DNA of 64,000 nucleotides from Selaginella moellendorffii (lineage: Eukaryota; Plantae; Lycopodiophyta). The position numbers and the translations under genes were made by a program. The notes beneath the pieces are model-generated. The model saw only the letters and a list, made by a program, of their open reading frames with translations, searched no databases and had not been told where the DNA came from. The DNA is taken from NCBI RefSeq assembly GCF_000143415.4, contig NW_003314309.1, forward strand, positions 987,996 to 1,051,995, in the 5' to 3' direction. The first letter of the stretch is position 1. Every line of letters begins with the position of its first letter. Below are positions 1-12,851 of this stretch, piece after piece.

Positions 1-7
1 GACTGCC

Positions 8-1645
8 TTGCTATCGGCATACGCCCAAAAAGGACATATCATAGAGGCGCGGGAAGTCTTTGATGTCATGCAGGAAAAAGACCTCGTTTCATGGACCACA
101 ATGTTGCTTGCTTATGCTCGTACCGGGCATATAAAAGAATCAAAGTCTCTGTTTGATCGAATGCCAGAGTATGACCTCGTGTCAATGACTGCCATGCTTT
201 GTGCGCTTGCCGAGAATGGTCATGTTCAAGATGCAAAGTTGGTATTTGATTCAATGCCAGAGAGAGATCTCGTTGCATGGTCTTCAATGCTTGTTGCATT
301 CTCCGAGTCTGGAGAATTTATTGAGGCTCAACAGATGTTTAGCTCAATTCCGGAAAGAAATCTCGTTTCCTCCACTGCCATCCTTGTTTCTTATGGTCAC
401 AGCGGGCACGTCCACAAGGCCAAAGAAATGTTTGATAGCATGCAAGAGCGGGATTTGATGACATGGAACTGTATGATCACAGCTTTCGCCCAAAGCGGTG
501 ACACAGGGAATGCAAGTTATATGTTCAATTTGATGCCTCAGCGTGATCTGGTCAGCTGGAATGCTATTATCTCTGCATTTGCTCAAAACAGTTTTCTGGA
601 AAGAGCAAAGTTTCTGTTTGATTCTATGCATGAGATTAATGTGGTTTCCTGCAATGTTATGCTGGCTGCATTTGCCAAGGCTGGCCTTGTCAAAGAGACA
701 AAGGAAGTGTTTGAAAACATGAAAGAGAGAAATCTCTTGTCCTGGAATTCTATGCTCTTGGCATATGCCCGAAAAGGAGACGTCAAAGAGTGTAGAGACT
801 TGTTTAACAGGCTTAAAGAGAGGGATGTGGTATCATGGAATACATTGCTGGTTGGTTATGCTCTAAACGGGCATCTAAGAGAGGCTGAGGAAGTCTACTC
901 CTTGATGCCCGAATGGAATTTAGTTTCTACAAGCACTATGGTAGCTTCATATTCCCAGAACGGGCATCTCGAAAAAGCCAAGCATCTCTTTGATCAGGTG
1001 CCAAACCACAACATTTTCTCCAGGACAGGGATGCTCTCGGCATATGCTCAAAACGGGCATCTCGAAGATGCCTGGAAAATCTTTTACTCAATGAGTGAAC
1101 GAACCCTTGTCACCTGGACTGCAGTGCTTGCCGCATATGCCCAAAACGGCCATACATCCAAAGCAAAGCAAATATTCGACACCATGGGCGAATTGGATGC
1201 TGCTGCGTGGAATGCCATGCTTGCAGCATATGCCAAAAACGGGGAGCCTGAAAGAGCACTGGAGCTCTTCAGTGAGATATGTCTTTGCTCTCAAACACCT
1301 GATGAATTCTCGTTCATCGTTTGCCTTCTTTCTTCCAGCCATGTAGGAGATACTTATATGTCCTGGCTTAGATTTTGCTCCATTAGTACCGATTTCGGGA
1401 TAAAGCACACAAGGCAGCACTACATTTGCATGATCGATGTCTTGGGCCGGGCAGGATATGTTGCAAATGCCGAGGATTTGATTGCAACCATGCCGTTTGC
1501 ACCAGATTCTCTGGAATGGGTGTGTTTGCTTGGGGCTTGTAGAAGCAACAAAGATGTGAATGGAAGCGCTAGGGTAGCAAAGACATTGCTGGAGCTAGAA
1601 CCAAGCAATTCAGCTGCCTATGTGATGCTAGCCAACACTTTGTAA
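8..1645 (+). CDS. PLS-class PPR protein with SS-type 31-aa repeats and C-terminal E domain; probably 5'-truncated by the window edge
   Basis: Tandem ~31-aa repeats (DLVSWTTMLLAYARTGHIKESKSLFDRMPE type) followed by an E-domain signature (HYICMIDVLGRAG...WVCLLGACR...AAYVMLAN). No DYW domain is visible. Confidence 0.93.
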   Translation: MLSAYAQKGHIIEAREVFDVMQEKDLVSWTTMLLAYARTGHIKESKSLFDRMPEYDLVSMTAMLCALAENGHVQDAKLVFDSMPERDLVAWSSMLVAFSESGEFIEAQQMFSSIPERNLVSSTAILVSYGHSGHVHKAKEMFDSMQERDLMTWNCMITAFAQSGDTGNASYMFNLMPQRDLVSWNAIISAFAQNSFLERAKFLFDSMHEINVVSCNVMLAAFAKAGLVKETKEVFENMKERNLLSWNSMLLAYARKGDVKECRDLFNRLKERDVVSWNTLLVGYALNGHLREAEEVYSLMPEWNLVSTSTMVASYSQNGHLEKAKHLFDQVPNHNIFSRTGMLSAYAQNGHLEDAWKIFYSMSERTLVTWTAVLAAYAQNGHTSKAKQIFDTMGELDAAAWNAMLAAYAKNGEPERALELFSEICLCSQTPDEFSFIVCLLSSSHVGDTYMSWLRFCSISTDFGIKHTRQHYICMIDVLGRAGYVANAEDLIATMPFAPDSLEWVCLLGACRSNKDVNGSARVAKTLLELEPSNSAAYVMLANTL

Positions 1646-1732
1646 ACACAAATGCCAAATTCCCGCGGTTTTTTGAATTTAAAATATACTTTGTGAATAT
1701 TCTCGAGGGTTTTAGTTGCCCTAAATGGATTC

Positions 1733-4119
1733 ATGAGAAAGTATCTGGCGAGCTCCACTGCGAGGTAAGATTTTCTGGAATGTAGAACGAGAGAGTGATC
1801 TTTCTTTCTAACAGGATCAAACTTGTAAGAGCTTACCGTGCATCGAGCTTAGCGAATTTCTCCAAATCTTCCAAGGAGAGCAGTGATGTATTTGAGACGA
1901 TCGTTGAGCGTCGAGACTTGGCGTTTTATACGGTGGCAATGGCAGCTTGCGCTCGCGAGTGGCGCTCCAAAGACTCTCTGGATCTCTTTCATGCGATGCT
2001 TGCCGAGGGCCTCCACTTTGACGCTCTCGGCCTCGTCGTATCTCTCAACTCTCGCTGCGTTGCCGGGCCTGGAAACCTCTCCATGGTGGAGAGAATCCAC
2101 TCCTGGTTACTGGAAAACGATCGAAAACTCAGTGCCACAACTGGAACAGCGCTGCTAAAGATGTACCTCAAGTGTGGGAGCGTCGAGCGAGCCGAGAAAG
2201 TCTTCCAGGAGATGACCCACCGGAACGTAAAGACTTGGACGATTCTCATCGCGGCACTGGGCGAGAGAGGCTCGATCGAGGAAGCCATGGTAGCTTTCCG
2301 AGCAATGCAGCTCGATGGGATCCAGCCAAACAGCTTCACTCTCGTCGCCATCTTCCAAGCTTGCGCCACACGGCTTGAATCCAGAGAAGACGATCGAGTG
2401 AAAGCTCTTTGCAACCAGGCCGTGGAGAGCGGCCTGCTAGCGTCGAGTTCCTGGAACGTCATCGTCGCCACGGCCGTGATTGGCACCTATGGAAAGTGCG
2501 GCAGTGTCGACAAGGCGCTGGAAGTATTCGAGAGAACTCCCAGGGAGTCGAGGGATGTCGTAGCATGGAACTCGATCATCACAGTCTTCGTGGAGCAAAA
2601 CAAGCCGGAGCTCGCACTCAAACTCTTCCAGGAGATGCAGCTGGAAGGCGAGGAGCCGACGAGAATCACGCTCTTGAAAGTTTTAGCAGCAGCCACAGCC
2701 TCAAGAGATCTCGGCGTTGGTCGTTTGATCCACCGCGAAGCTCGGTTTCGATCGATGGACAGAGACTTGGTCGTAGGCACTGCGCTGGCGAGCATGTATA
2801 GCAAACTTGGCCGAGTGGAGGAGCTCTTGGAGGTGATGGAGAGGATCGAGCAAGGCGGCCGCGACTTGGTGTGCTGGAACATGATAATCTCGGCGCTCGT
2901 CCAGCATTCTCGGAGCAAAGAAGCACTGGCCTACTTCCGGGAGATGAATCTCCAAGGAGTAAAACCCGATCGAGTGACGCTCGCTCCACTCATCAGCAGC
3001 GCCACCTTTCCAGAGAACGAATCCAAGGTGATCCTTTGCGAAATCTCGCGGAGTGGACTCTCGAGCAACGCTGGTATCAGCAACGCCATCTTGAACTTCC
3101 ATGCGAAAGGCCGGAGGCTCGAAGAGGCGAGGAGAGTCTTCGATGGAATCCAAGAGCGAGACCTCGTGTCGTGGAATTCGATGATCTCGGCCTACGCCGC
3201 GGAGGGATTCGCAAGAGAGGCCGTGATCCTCTTCCACCGGATGAAACAAGAGGGATTCCAGCCGAGTAGCGTGACTTCCACCGTGATCTTCGCTGCTTTC
3301 TCGGAGCTCCACGGCTTGGAAGAAGCTTGCCGGGTGGTGACAGTCGAGGAGAACTTGGAGCCAGCATCGCTGTGGAGCCTCCTGATCTCTACGTGCGCGC
3401 AGCAGGGTCGATCCAAGCAAGCGCTGGAAATCTTTCGAGCCATGCAGCTCCAAGGGATGCGAGTGGACAGGGAAACGCTCGTTCCAGTCATCGTCTCTTG
3501 TGGAGCTTGCTCGGCTCTGCGAGAAGGCCGCTTGATCCACCAAGAACTCCAAAGATCAGCTCCAACGATCCTGGAGGAGGACACTCGGCTCAAAAACGCG
3601 ATGATCGACATGTATGGACGTAGCGGCAAGCTCCTCAACGTTGCCCACCAGATTTTCACCGAGATCAAGCAGCCGAGCGTGATCTCCTGGACGGCGATCG
3701 TCGCGGCCTACGCCCAGAATGGCCGCGTCGGAGAAGCCACTCTCCTCTTCCATCTCATGAAACTAGACGGCTCCTCGCCCGACACGCTCACCTTCACCAC
3801 GATCCTGTCGCTGTATAGCCATGCCGGGCTCCTGGAAGATGGCTGCCACTGCTTTGGATCGATCTCCCGGGACCATTTCCTGGCACCAGCCCCGCAGCAC
3901 TACAACTGCGTGATCGATCTCCTGGGCCGCGCCGGGCGGATCGAGGACGCGGAGGGTTTCGTCCGGGGAATGCCGTGCGCCACATCGGCGCCCGCCTGGA
4001 CGGCGTTGCTGAGCGCATGTAAAACCCAGGGTGATGTCGATCGAGGGAAGCGAATCGCGGACGGCGTAGCGGAGTGCTCCACGGCGTACATCGGACTGAT
4101 CTCTAGCGAAGAACCCTAA
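1733..4119 (+). CDS. PLS-class PPR protein with E domain (putative organellar RNA-editing factor)
   Basis: ORF 1795-4119 has P/L/S repeats and HYNCVIDLLGRAG...WTALLSACK. ATG 1733 joins it in frame through a GT-AG intron at 1765-1814. Confidence 0.9.
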
Positions 4120-4516
4120 GTTAAACTTCCCTGTCAATGATAGCAATATTTTGGAATAACTCATGTAGAAAAGTATTAAATTAATTACAGATTAGTTAGT
4201 TCTGTCCAATTCGCTCAGGAAGAACTTGCTGTGCCGCATGAGAAGGCTATGCATTGTTACCAGACTCAAGGAAAAACCGGGACCGAGGTTGAGAGCTTGC
4301 GTCTCCTCCCGGCTTGCTGTAGGCAGCTATAGGATCCCGGATTAACGCTTGGCCTAGAACAATCTGGAGTGATTGGGACCATGGATCAAAGAAGAACAAA
4401 AGGTTCCATAGGTGAAAGAGCTAATCGGGAGGATTCTGTTGGAAGCCATTTTGATGCACGGCGGCATTCTTTTTCCAAAGCGTTTGACTGATGATAGAAG
4501 CATTTTCTCATGATTT

Positions 4517-5537
4517 TCACTTGTCTACAGTTATAGGCAGTGACTTCGGCCTCCATATTTGGGGTTGGTTCAAGCCGTGCGCATCGTCCAAAGCTTTGAG
4601 AAGCCGTTTCCAGCCAACATACACGCTTTCCACCGTCAAGACGAGGAGATCCGTTGGTGGAAACAAGTGAGTGATGGCTGTTTCTTTGCTGAACCGGAAT
4701 TCCAGATCGCCATTGTCAGAGACAACTTGCTCGAAGGACTGCTCGCCCCTTGCCCTCTCAAAACACTCACGGTAGTCATCCATGTCCACAAACGGCGGCT
4801 CTTCCTTCTTGCTTTCCACAAAAAAATACGAGTGGAACTGGTAGAACGCCTTGGAGCAACCTGGCGAGCAGGATGCGTCCAACTCGGCCGTTCCCATCGC
4901 AGAATGGGTGGATGCTCTCGAGTTTGAAGAAAAAGGATACGCCGAGCTTGATCCATTTCTCCGTTCTTTCCACAGGCTCGCGGATGGCACAGACTCGCTG
5001 GATTTCAGCATTTGTATCTCGGATGAGCTCTTCTAGAGCGCTTGCCACTTCAGTCGGCCACATGTACACGCTGGTGACGGCTACCTCCTTCCCCTCCCTG
5101 CTGTGGGAAGCTCTGAGCCCAATATGGTCTTGTGCAGCTCTAGTATTCCAGTGACAGTCAGCTCCAGAGAGCTTTCTCGAGGTGAAACAGGTCCTTGCTT
5201 ATCTCACCGGACCCAATTTCCGACTTAAACGAGCTAAACGAGTGAAAATCTTTGGGACGATTAACGTCGTAGAGGAAAAGGAGACTTCCTTTCCTCGCAT
5301 AAGTGTTGAAGAGCCACTCTTTTATCGCACTGGCCTCTCTGCTACCGTCCAGCCCGCCGCCATCGCCTCTTTGGTCGCCTCAAGCGAATCAATGCCCTCG
5401 CCCCAGGCATAGGCGCAGAGCCGAGCATACCTTCTCATGGATTCGTGGATCCCTTTGAGCATCTGGCTGGTCTGCAGGACGGGATCGCCAACACATACTC
5501 GCTCTCGCCTCCAAAACGGTTCTTCTACAAGCTCCAT
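4517..5537 (-). pseudogene. Fic (Fido) domain gene, disrupted
   Basis: HPFCDGNGRVGR motif in ORF 4776-5069. The N- and C-terminal parts lie in other frames (5322-5564, 4517-5011) and align with the intact paralog at 52442-53512. There is a frameshift and an unrelated segment at ~5180-5325. Confidence 0.85.
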
Positions 5538-6831
5538 CCTATAGTCAATCGAAAAATATACCAATAAACTGGTTCATTTTCATAAAAGAATTCCTTTAGG
5601 ATAATTTTTAATTTAACAAAAAAGTTTATTTAGGTTTTTATACTTTGGGTTATTTTGGATATTTTTGTTTATTCAAAAAATTTGTTCATGAGGTCAAAAT
5701 GTACATTTACAATGCGTATACTAATATTAATGTAGTGGGATTTTGGTAGTTGTAAGATTAGTTTTAATCTAGACCACTTGTTCTTGTATATAAATTAGGG
5801 TTTTTGGGCTAATTGATATATATATTTCTATACACTCATTGATAGAAGTGAAAGCAACTTTAATTGTCATTAAGGAGTGTTTGAATTTGGGATTCTACTT
5901 TACATTTAGCTTTTGCATTGTTTAAATCTCCCTTTTATTATAGTTTTTCTCATCTTTCTTCCTTTTGTTCTTTCCTTTTTATTCATCTTCATGGCAGAGC
6001 AATAACCTCTTCTTTTTTGACTTTGGAGTAGATATTGGTGCAATTACTCAATGCTATGTAGTTATAATTGAACAATCATATTTAGTTGATGGCAGCATTC
6101 ACGGTGTGTGGTACAGCTCCTCCTACTCTTGTTGCCAATCATTGAATTTGGGCAAAGTTCTTCTGTGGGAATTTTGACGATGATATGTACTATTAGTTTG
6201 ATCATTTCATGGTGATTGCTATATATCATTCTTAAGATGATGCTTGGCATTTGCGTGAATTTCCCACATGTCTCCAAAAGACAATATTGCAAAGGTATAA
6301 TGGTTTGAGCATAACCACTCGTGAGGATTGAAGCATTCTCTCGAACATCTTCAAATGTGCATTTGGACATGCTGACGATTGTGACGATGCCTTCTAACAA
6401 TTACATCGTCTTCGTTAAGGGCCATTTGAGTCTATAATGCAATTTGGCATTCAGTTCCGAAGCTTCTTGCTTCATGTAGAGCCAAATATGTCAGAGCGGA
6501 TCAAGTTGGGAATGTTATGGTTAGTATTTCATCAAGATCTTGTAGAACTTGTGCATGCACTTGCTCCAACCACCTTTAACAATGCTCTTCACTTGGTATA
6601 ACGTTATAAAATATCATCTCTTCCACTTCTCGTTGCATGTCCTTTAGCTTCACTTTATGTGGGAGATAGTCCTGTTCTAGTGGAAGTTGATGTTGTTGCT
6701 GCTTGAGTTTAAGGACAAGGACAAGGACGTAGTTGTGGCCGTGAATATCCGCTACTGGGCATGTGATAAAGTTGGTCATACTTATCGACTTTATTAGTGT
6801 TTTCAAAATTGGCAACCTCCATTTCCTAGGT

Positions 6832-6993
6832 TGTAGCGCATGTGATCATGGGATGAGATTTGGATATATTGTCACCGTGGATCCTTGGAACTTTGGGGGA
6901 TAAATGGGGATAAAATAGCCATTAAGGGCTCAATCATTAAGCAATTGCCCTTTTTCCAGTTGACTTAAGGGGAGAGAGATAGAGTGTGCTACA
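6832..6993 (+). mobile_element. Solo LTR (162 bp) of the TRIM family at 12852-13506
   Basis: TGTAGC...GCTACA termini; 5-bp TSD TAGGT at 6827-6831 and 6994-6998; matches the reverse complement of 13345-13506. Confidence 0.9.
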
Positions 6994-7817
6994 TAGGTGG
7001 AGAGCTTAGTATCAACAACGTCTTGTTGGTGTTGTTGCAGTAGAAGGTTTGGACACCATGATGCTTCCGAGAAACGAAAAGTCACGTAAGTAGTGGAGGG
7101 ACCTTGCGCAATAAATCAATGACCCCTCCATTTTTTTTTCAGGAGCATCATCAAGGGGTTCATTCGGCACTAGTTTATTTAGTATTTATTTTTCAAGCTC
7201 GTTTAAAGGTCTTCTATTCTTCACTTCATGTTAGTTGATACAGATTTGAATATATCTTCTATTGCTCGGCCTGTTGCTACACGTTATTGTCTATATTTGT
7301 GTCATGTGGCAAAGTCAGTTTTCATTCTTTATAGCAACAACCATGTGTATGGGATGAGGCAAACTTGGTTGTGCGTGTAGGTGATCTTGAGTTTGAGTTG
7401 AAGTTATTGCGGGTAGTGCTAAGTTAAGCTTTTGACTTCATCCTTGGTATGGATTAATTGTGGCATAATTATGTTAAGTGTGACTTTAAGACTTCTCCCC
7501 CTTATTTCATATTTCTTTATATTTCTTTTATTCCTCTCACTTTTGTTCCTCTTCGTTTCTTTACTTTTACCTTTTTTTCTATCACTTTTGTCTTCCCATT
7601 ACTTCATCCTATATTTCCATTTTATTCCTCTTATCCCTTTTCCAATCCCTTTGACGGTTTTTGTGTTGTAGCAGTTGACCACTTCATGAAGGAGTTGTAA
7701 GCAACCAAAGGGAACGACTCGAGAGACGATCCATAGGGGTTCAAATATAGAGGGAAAGGGCCCATGAACAAGAGTGCACCCCCTTTTCCAATTGGTTAAG
7801 GGTCTTGGGATACTTGG

Positions 7818-7873
7818 AGTTAAGCGTCCTTGGGGTTGAATAGTACTGGGCTGGGTGACCTCCCGGGAAGTCC
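7818..7873 (+). promoter_or_regulatory. 5S-derived internal Pol III promoter (A box/IE/C box) in the LTR; second copy at 8518-8573
   Basis: AGTTAAGCGTCCTTGGGGTTGAATAGTACTGGGCTGGGTGACCTCCCGGGAAGTCC closely resembles the 3' half of plant 5S rRNA. Confidence 0.85.
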
Positions 7874-7897
7874 AAACTCAAGAGCTTACATTTGGTA

Positions 7898-8351
7898 TCA
7901 GAGGGGTCTCGGGTCCGACTCTGTTGGTTGGCTAAGGGAATCGCACCACATGTTAATTGACATCTGGCTGGTCCAGTTTGCTCCCGCTGGGCTCTACCCC
8001 TCGGGTAGGGTGTCAAGAGAGCGAGGCTCTCGGGAAAGCTGTGGCTCTCAGAGGGGTCTCGGGTCCGACTCTGTTGGTTGGCTAAGGGAATCGCACCACA
8101 TGTTGATTGACATCTGGCTGGTCCAGTTTGCTCCCGCTGGGCTCTACCCCTCGGGTAGGGTGTCAAGAGAGCGAAGCTCTCGGGAAAGCTGCGGCTCTCA
8201 GAGGGGTCTCGGGTCCGACTCTGTTGGTTGGCTAAGGGAATCGCACCACATGTTGATTGACATCTGGCTGGTCCAGTTTGCTCCCGCTGGGCTCTACCCC
8301 TCGGGTAGGGTGTCAAGAGAGCGAGGCTCTCGGGAAAGCTGCGGCTCTCAG
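7898..8351 (+). repeat. Three near-identical 150-bp tandem repeats forming most of the Cassandra internal domain
   Basis: The unit restarts at 7898, 8048 and 8198 (TCAGAGGGGTCTCGGGTCCGAC...). Confidence 0.95.
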
Positions 8352-11300
8352 CTTCCATTCATGAGGGCGTGAACTTGTAGGGAAGCGTGGTGGATTGTAA
8401 GCAACCAAAGGGAACGACTCGAGAGACGATCCATAGGGGTTCAAATATAGAGGGAAAGGGCTTATGAACAAGAGTGCACCCCCTTTTCCAATTGGTTAAG
8501 GGTCTTGGGATACTTGGAGTTAAGCGTCCTTGGGGTTGAATAGTACTGGGCTGGGTGACCTCCCGGGAAGTCCAAACTCAAGAGCTTACAGGAGTATGCT
8601 GATCTCTTTGAATTTGATATGTCATTTAAGGTCAAGATTGCAACATATCATTTTATTTTAACTGGGGATGCTCATTCAATCAAGGTTTTTATTTGTTGTT
8701 AGTCACCCAAATAGATTAAGATTTTACTTGCAAATGTCAAGGAGATGTTACAAAAGGGTGAAGTTATAGAGTCTTTGGGTGTGTGAACTTTATCTTGTAA
8801 CGAAGCCTAATGAGAATATTTGTTTCTGCATTGAATATCATTTGTTAAACAAAATGATAATCCCAGATATGTACCCTCTTCCTTATACTATTGATTTTTT
8901 GAATCGTTTGAAGAGAAGTTATTAGTTCACCAAGTTAAATCTTGTTTTTGGTTACTGACAAGTACTAATGGCTGAAGATGATATTCCTAAAATTGTTTTT
9001 TATACATTATTTGGTTTGTATAAGTTCTTAGTGATGCTATTTAGTTTGAACAATGCTTCAAAAACTTTTTAATAGATGATGGACAAAATTCTTTGCAATA
9101 TGCTAGAGGTGATTGTTAACTTCATCAATGATGTTTTAATGCACTCAGAAAGGATATAGGAGGAACAGTTCATAATGTTCGATTAACATTGGGAAGTTAA
9201 TTTAAAGTTGAAGTGGTTGAAGTGTATGTTTGGGTCTAAAGCCATGACTTATCTTGGGTATTATATTTCTCGTGAGGGTTTGCAAATTGATCCTAATAAA
9301 TTTATAGTTGTTTTAAAATTCCCTACTCCAAAGTGTATGAATGATGTGCAACACTTCCTGGGCAAGGTATAGTATCTTGGTTGTTTTGTTAATCATTTTT
9401 TTAATCACACTACACCATTGCGAGCATTGTTGAAGTCGTCAACAACATCTTTCATTTAGTCTATGGATTATGAGTAGGCATTTACAGATTTTAAATAGCT
9501 ATTAACGATTCCTCCGGTTTTGGCATATCCTAACTACACTTGACCTTTCATTTTACATGTGGATGTTTTGATATTGATCTTGGAGGTATTGATGCAAAAA
9601 AGCCCGAGTGTGCCTAGCCAGTGCCATCCCATTGTATATATTAGCCATATATTACTAGAGGTGAAATTCTCCACAATAAAGAAAAAGTGTTTAATAATAG
9701 TTTGGGGTTTTGAGAAACTTTATGCATATCTACATGGTTCTCAAACATTATTAGAAAGTGATTATGCTGTAGCTACTTTATTAGTCAAGCGGAAGAACTT
9801 GGTTGGTCGTACTGCTTAATGGGCTTTGAAGTTTCAAATATATAATTTTGATATTGTTTATCGCTCAGGGAGTTTTATGGCTGATGTTGATGCCCTTTTT
9901 TGAGCTTCTCTTCCTTCTTTGCTCTCTTCTCATGTTTCTGACGAGATTATTTTTTTCACATCTATGGATTTTTTGGATGAGGATTTAATGCTATTTGTAG
10001 TTGTTGTGTTTAATGTCTATAAGGTGAAGAACAAGATTTATCTTCTCTTGAGAGGTTCGCGAGGCTCAAAAGATTGAGCTATAGATTCGAAGGCTTTGTG
10101 ATGGCTTTGAAAATTTTGCATCACTTATTGATGACTTGCCATTTTGGCATTTACATTTTCAATATCGCTCTATATGGTCATAATCTAATACTACTAACAG
10201 AGTTAGATTTACCTTCATGATTGCCATGAGTTGTTAATGTTTGGTTGTAGTATTTGGCGAGCATTCTTCCACTTGTCTAAGTAGAGTCTACCAAACAGGT
10301 TATATAAAAGTGCGACAACAACGGTATTACAACTTCCATCATCATCCATTAGTGAAGTACAAAGTGGATGACTTAGTATTAGTCTATTTTCCCAATTTTA
10401 AGGTATATGGTTTCTCTAAGGGGTTCCTTGCTCAATAGAAATGATTATATTAAATGTTGCAACAAGTTGAATTGCAAGTTTATGAGGTTCAGTATGATGT
10501 TTAGCAAGCCGATCCTCTAGAAATTATGCATGTGCAACGGCTGAAATGCTTCATACAAAAGGAGCAAAAACAACAGGCACCACCTATAGATTCAGCAATG
10601 CCTTCTTCTGATGTTCCTCTAGATCTTAGCCCATCCACAAGAGAACTTTAATGGTCTTCCATCATTCTAAGATTATGTGAGGTCCAAGTGTACAATTATG
10701 ATGCCATATACTACTATTAGTGTAGTGGGATTTTGGTTAAGTAGATCGATTAGGTTGTTTTCAGTACATTCATTTAGGGTGTGGGATCATTTGTTCGATA
10801 ACCCAGTACCAATCACAACCAAAACAATATCTCCAAACATTTCCTATGTCACCTCCTATGGTTTGGGTGTCTAGGGGGTACCTATATCATGGAAGATGAG
10901 GATTAGTAATGCAATCTTAGCTAGCTTTGTCTCTCTCTCTTTTCTTTTTTTTGTAAAAGTATAAAGCTAGGATTCAAGAATGAAATAAGACTTGCATGAT
11001 TGATGCTTGTAAACCAATATACTTAGGTATAAGTTTGGGAAGTACATCAAAAGTGACTTCCAAGCACTAGATCTAGAGAACATGCTCAACTTAATTGCTT
11101 TTTATAACTTCATAAATCTTAGTTGTTGTCATCCTATCTTTTTTTTATAGGGGCGATTAAATATTATATCAGTCAATATCACAAGCACTACCTAAGCAGA
11201 GTTTGTGAAAGCCCCTTGTGTCGCTGCGTTAAGTTTTAGCATTTTGGCTGTAAAGAGTTCCTATAAGCTAGGGGTGAAGAAAACACAAAAAACAAATCGT

Positions 11301-12851
11301 TTATACATGTTTATGCATGGCTAGGAAAGTGGTAGTGAGATTCCTCACGACCTTAGTATTGGGTGTGAGCTCATTTTGAGTTAGACCCAAGCAAACACTT
11401 CATTAGTGTTACTCATTTATGCAATGCACAATGAAGCAGCTATTAATCTTAGTGTGGGTGAGAAATGTGCATGGTTGTGCTAGTGCACAACCCTGCAAGT
11501 ACCTAACCTTGCTCTGCTTATAGATGCACTTTGGGAGAATGTAGTGGTGGCAAATTCAAGTGAGAACCCTTAATGTTAGGGTTTTCCCCGGCACTTCATA
11601 CCTTTCTGTGTGAGAGAATTTAGTGCCCACAGCCATGAAGTCAAATAGCTATAGTTTGTAATTAGGTTTGCCTAGCCATATAATATGCTTCTCAGCACAA
11701 GATTTTGCAAAGAATCTAAAGTTCTATTTTTCACCATGCCACATCTACTCATATGTCCCATTATCATGGTGATGGGATGAAAGAGTTTTTTTTAAAAATA
11801 AGACTTTTTTGTTAACAAAACCTCGTTATCAAATCTTGAAGGCTGTCCCTTTGTGGGAAAACAAAATTTGTGTTGTATTTTTTAGTTATCAAATAAAACA
11901 CATTTAATTGATGGTTTGCTTATGCTATTTGTTCTATGTGCAACCAAGGAATTCATGGTAAATTTGGGGAACTCATCCTTTTATTATTCTCTATTAAAAA
12001 AGATATAAAAATTGAATCTATTATGTTTTGATAAAATGCCCAAGGAGTAGAATGCATTGAATAGAGGACAAAATCTCCTACTCTTAGCCTGAGTTTGCTG
12101 AGTTGTCAAACTGTAGTGGGTGATTAGCCAGCTCTCTCCAAATGTCACAGAGAATGTCAAGCACTGCTTGTATCGGTGTTAATGGGCCAATCAAAATAAT
12201 CCGGTCTAGACCACAAAGGATAAGTTGTCTTATTGCCACAAAGCATTCAATGATATTATCAATCTCGAGGATGACACCACCAGTGATATTAATCAGATAA
12301 AAGAGTGTAAAGACTTGTTCTAGGATTACTTTAAAAAGATTATTCATCGATATGAGATCATCTATGTACCTAAAGGTGTGTTCAAAAAGGCAAAGTGAAT
12401 CATACTGGCCTAATTATGCAAGTTAAGTAAGAAAGTTGTGCTCAAAGTAAAAGAGGTACAAGTTACACCACAAAGGCGAGCACAAAAGTCATTTCACAAA
12501 GTTGTACTAGAAAAGTCGAACTAGAGGACTAAAAGAAAAAAAAATGTGGCAAATGAAAGCAGAGTAGAGAGGGAAAGCACCAAGGCAAAGAGAGTGAGTT
12601 TAGCTGCATTAGGGGAGTGGAGTGGTTGCTCAAGCATGGCGCTGGATGGTTGTGAGGCATTTTGATTGATCTCCTAAGCAATAGTCAAATTTGGGGGTTT
12701 TCTTAGTGTCGAAGAAGAATAGATTTAGATGGTTCAAGTGAAGTTATGGATGTTTTGAGCATCTTTGGCCAATGGGTCTAGTTCTCTCTCGGTTTCGGTG
12801 TGGCTCACAAAAATTACAACAAGAGATTCAAGGTTAAAGCTCATAATGTGG

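Larger units (their letters stand above)
7696..8590 (+). mobile_element. Cassandra-type TRIM with 5S rRNA-derived LTR segment
   Basis: 195-bp LTRs 7696-7890 and 8396-8590 (TG..CA, 2 mismatches seen); PBS TGGTATCAGAG (tRNA-iMet type) 7893-7903; purine-rich tract before the 3' LTR; TSD GGAGT at 7691-7695 and 8591-8595. Confidence 0.93.
5688..10740 (+). mobile_element. Degenerate Ty3/gypsy LTR retrotransposon relic
   Basis: Stop-ridden RT/RNaseH remnants at ~8750-9850 (YPLP; LVFGY*QVLMAEDDIPK; PNYT*PFILHVD; KKKCLIIVWGFEKL). A similar ~60-bp segment at 5688-5748 and 10677-10737 may mark the LTR starts. Boundaries are approximate. Confidence 0.7.

Noticed and set aside
1849-4164. Numerous overlapping and antisense ORFs over the PPR genes (also 54499-56576 and over the Fic gene)
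   Set aside because: Shadow ORFs of GC-rich coding sequence.
7818-7873. 5S rRNA gene
   Set aside because: Only the internal promoter half is present, embedded in both LTRs of a retroelement.
7741-8372. ORFs with 50-aa repeats; possible CRISPR-like array
   Set aside because: By-product of 150-bp tandem repeats inside a TRIM; no unique spacers and no cas genes.
10800-12800. Possible further decayed repeats (also ~58400-59100 and 60000-61290)
   Set aside because: Only vague similarity; no termini, TSD or coding motifs I could establish by eye.
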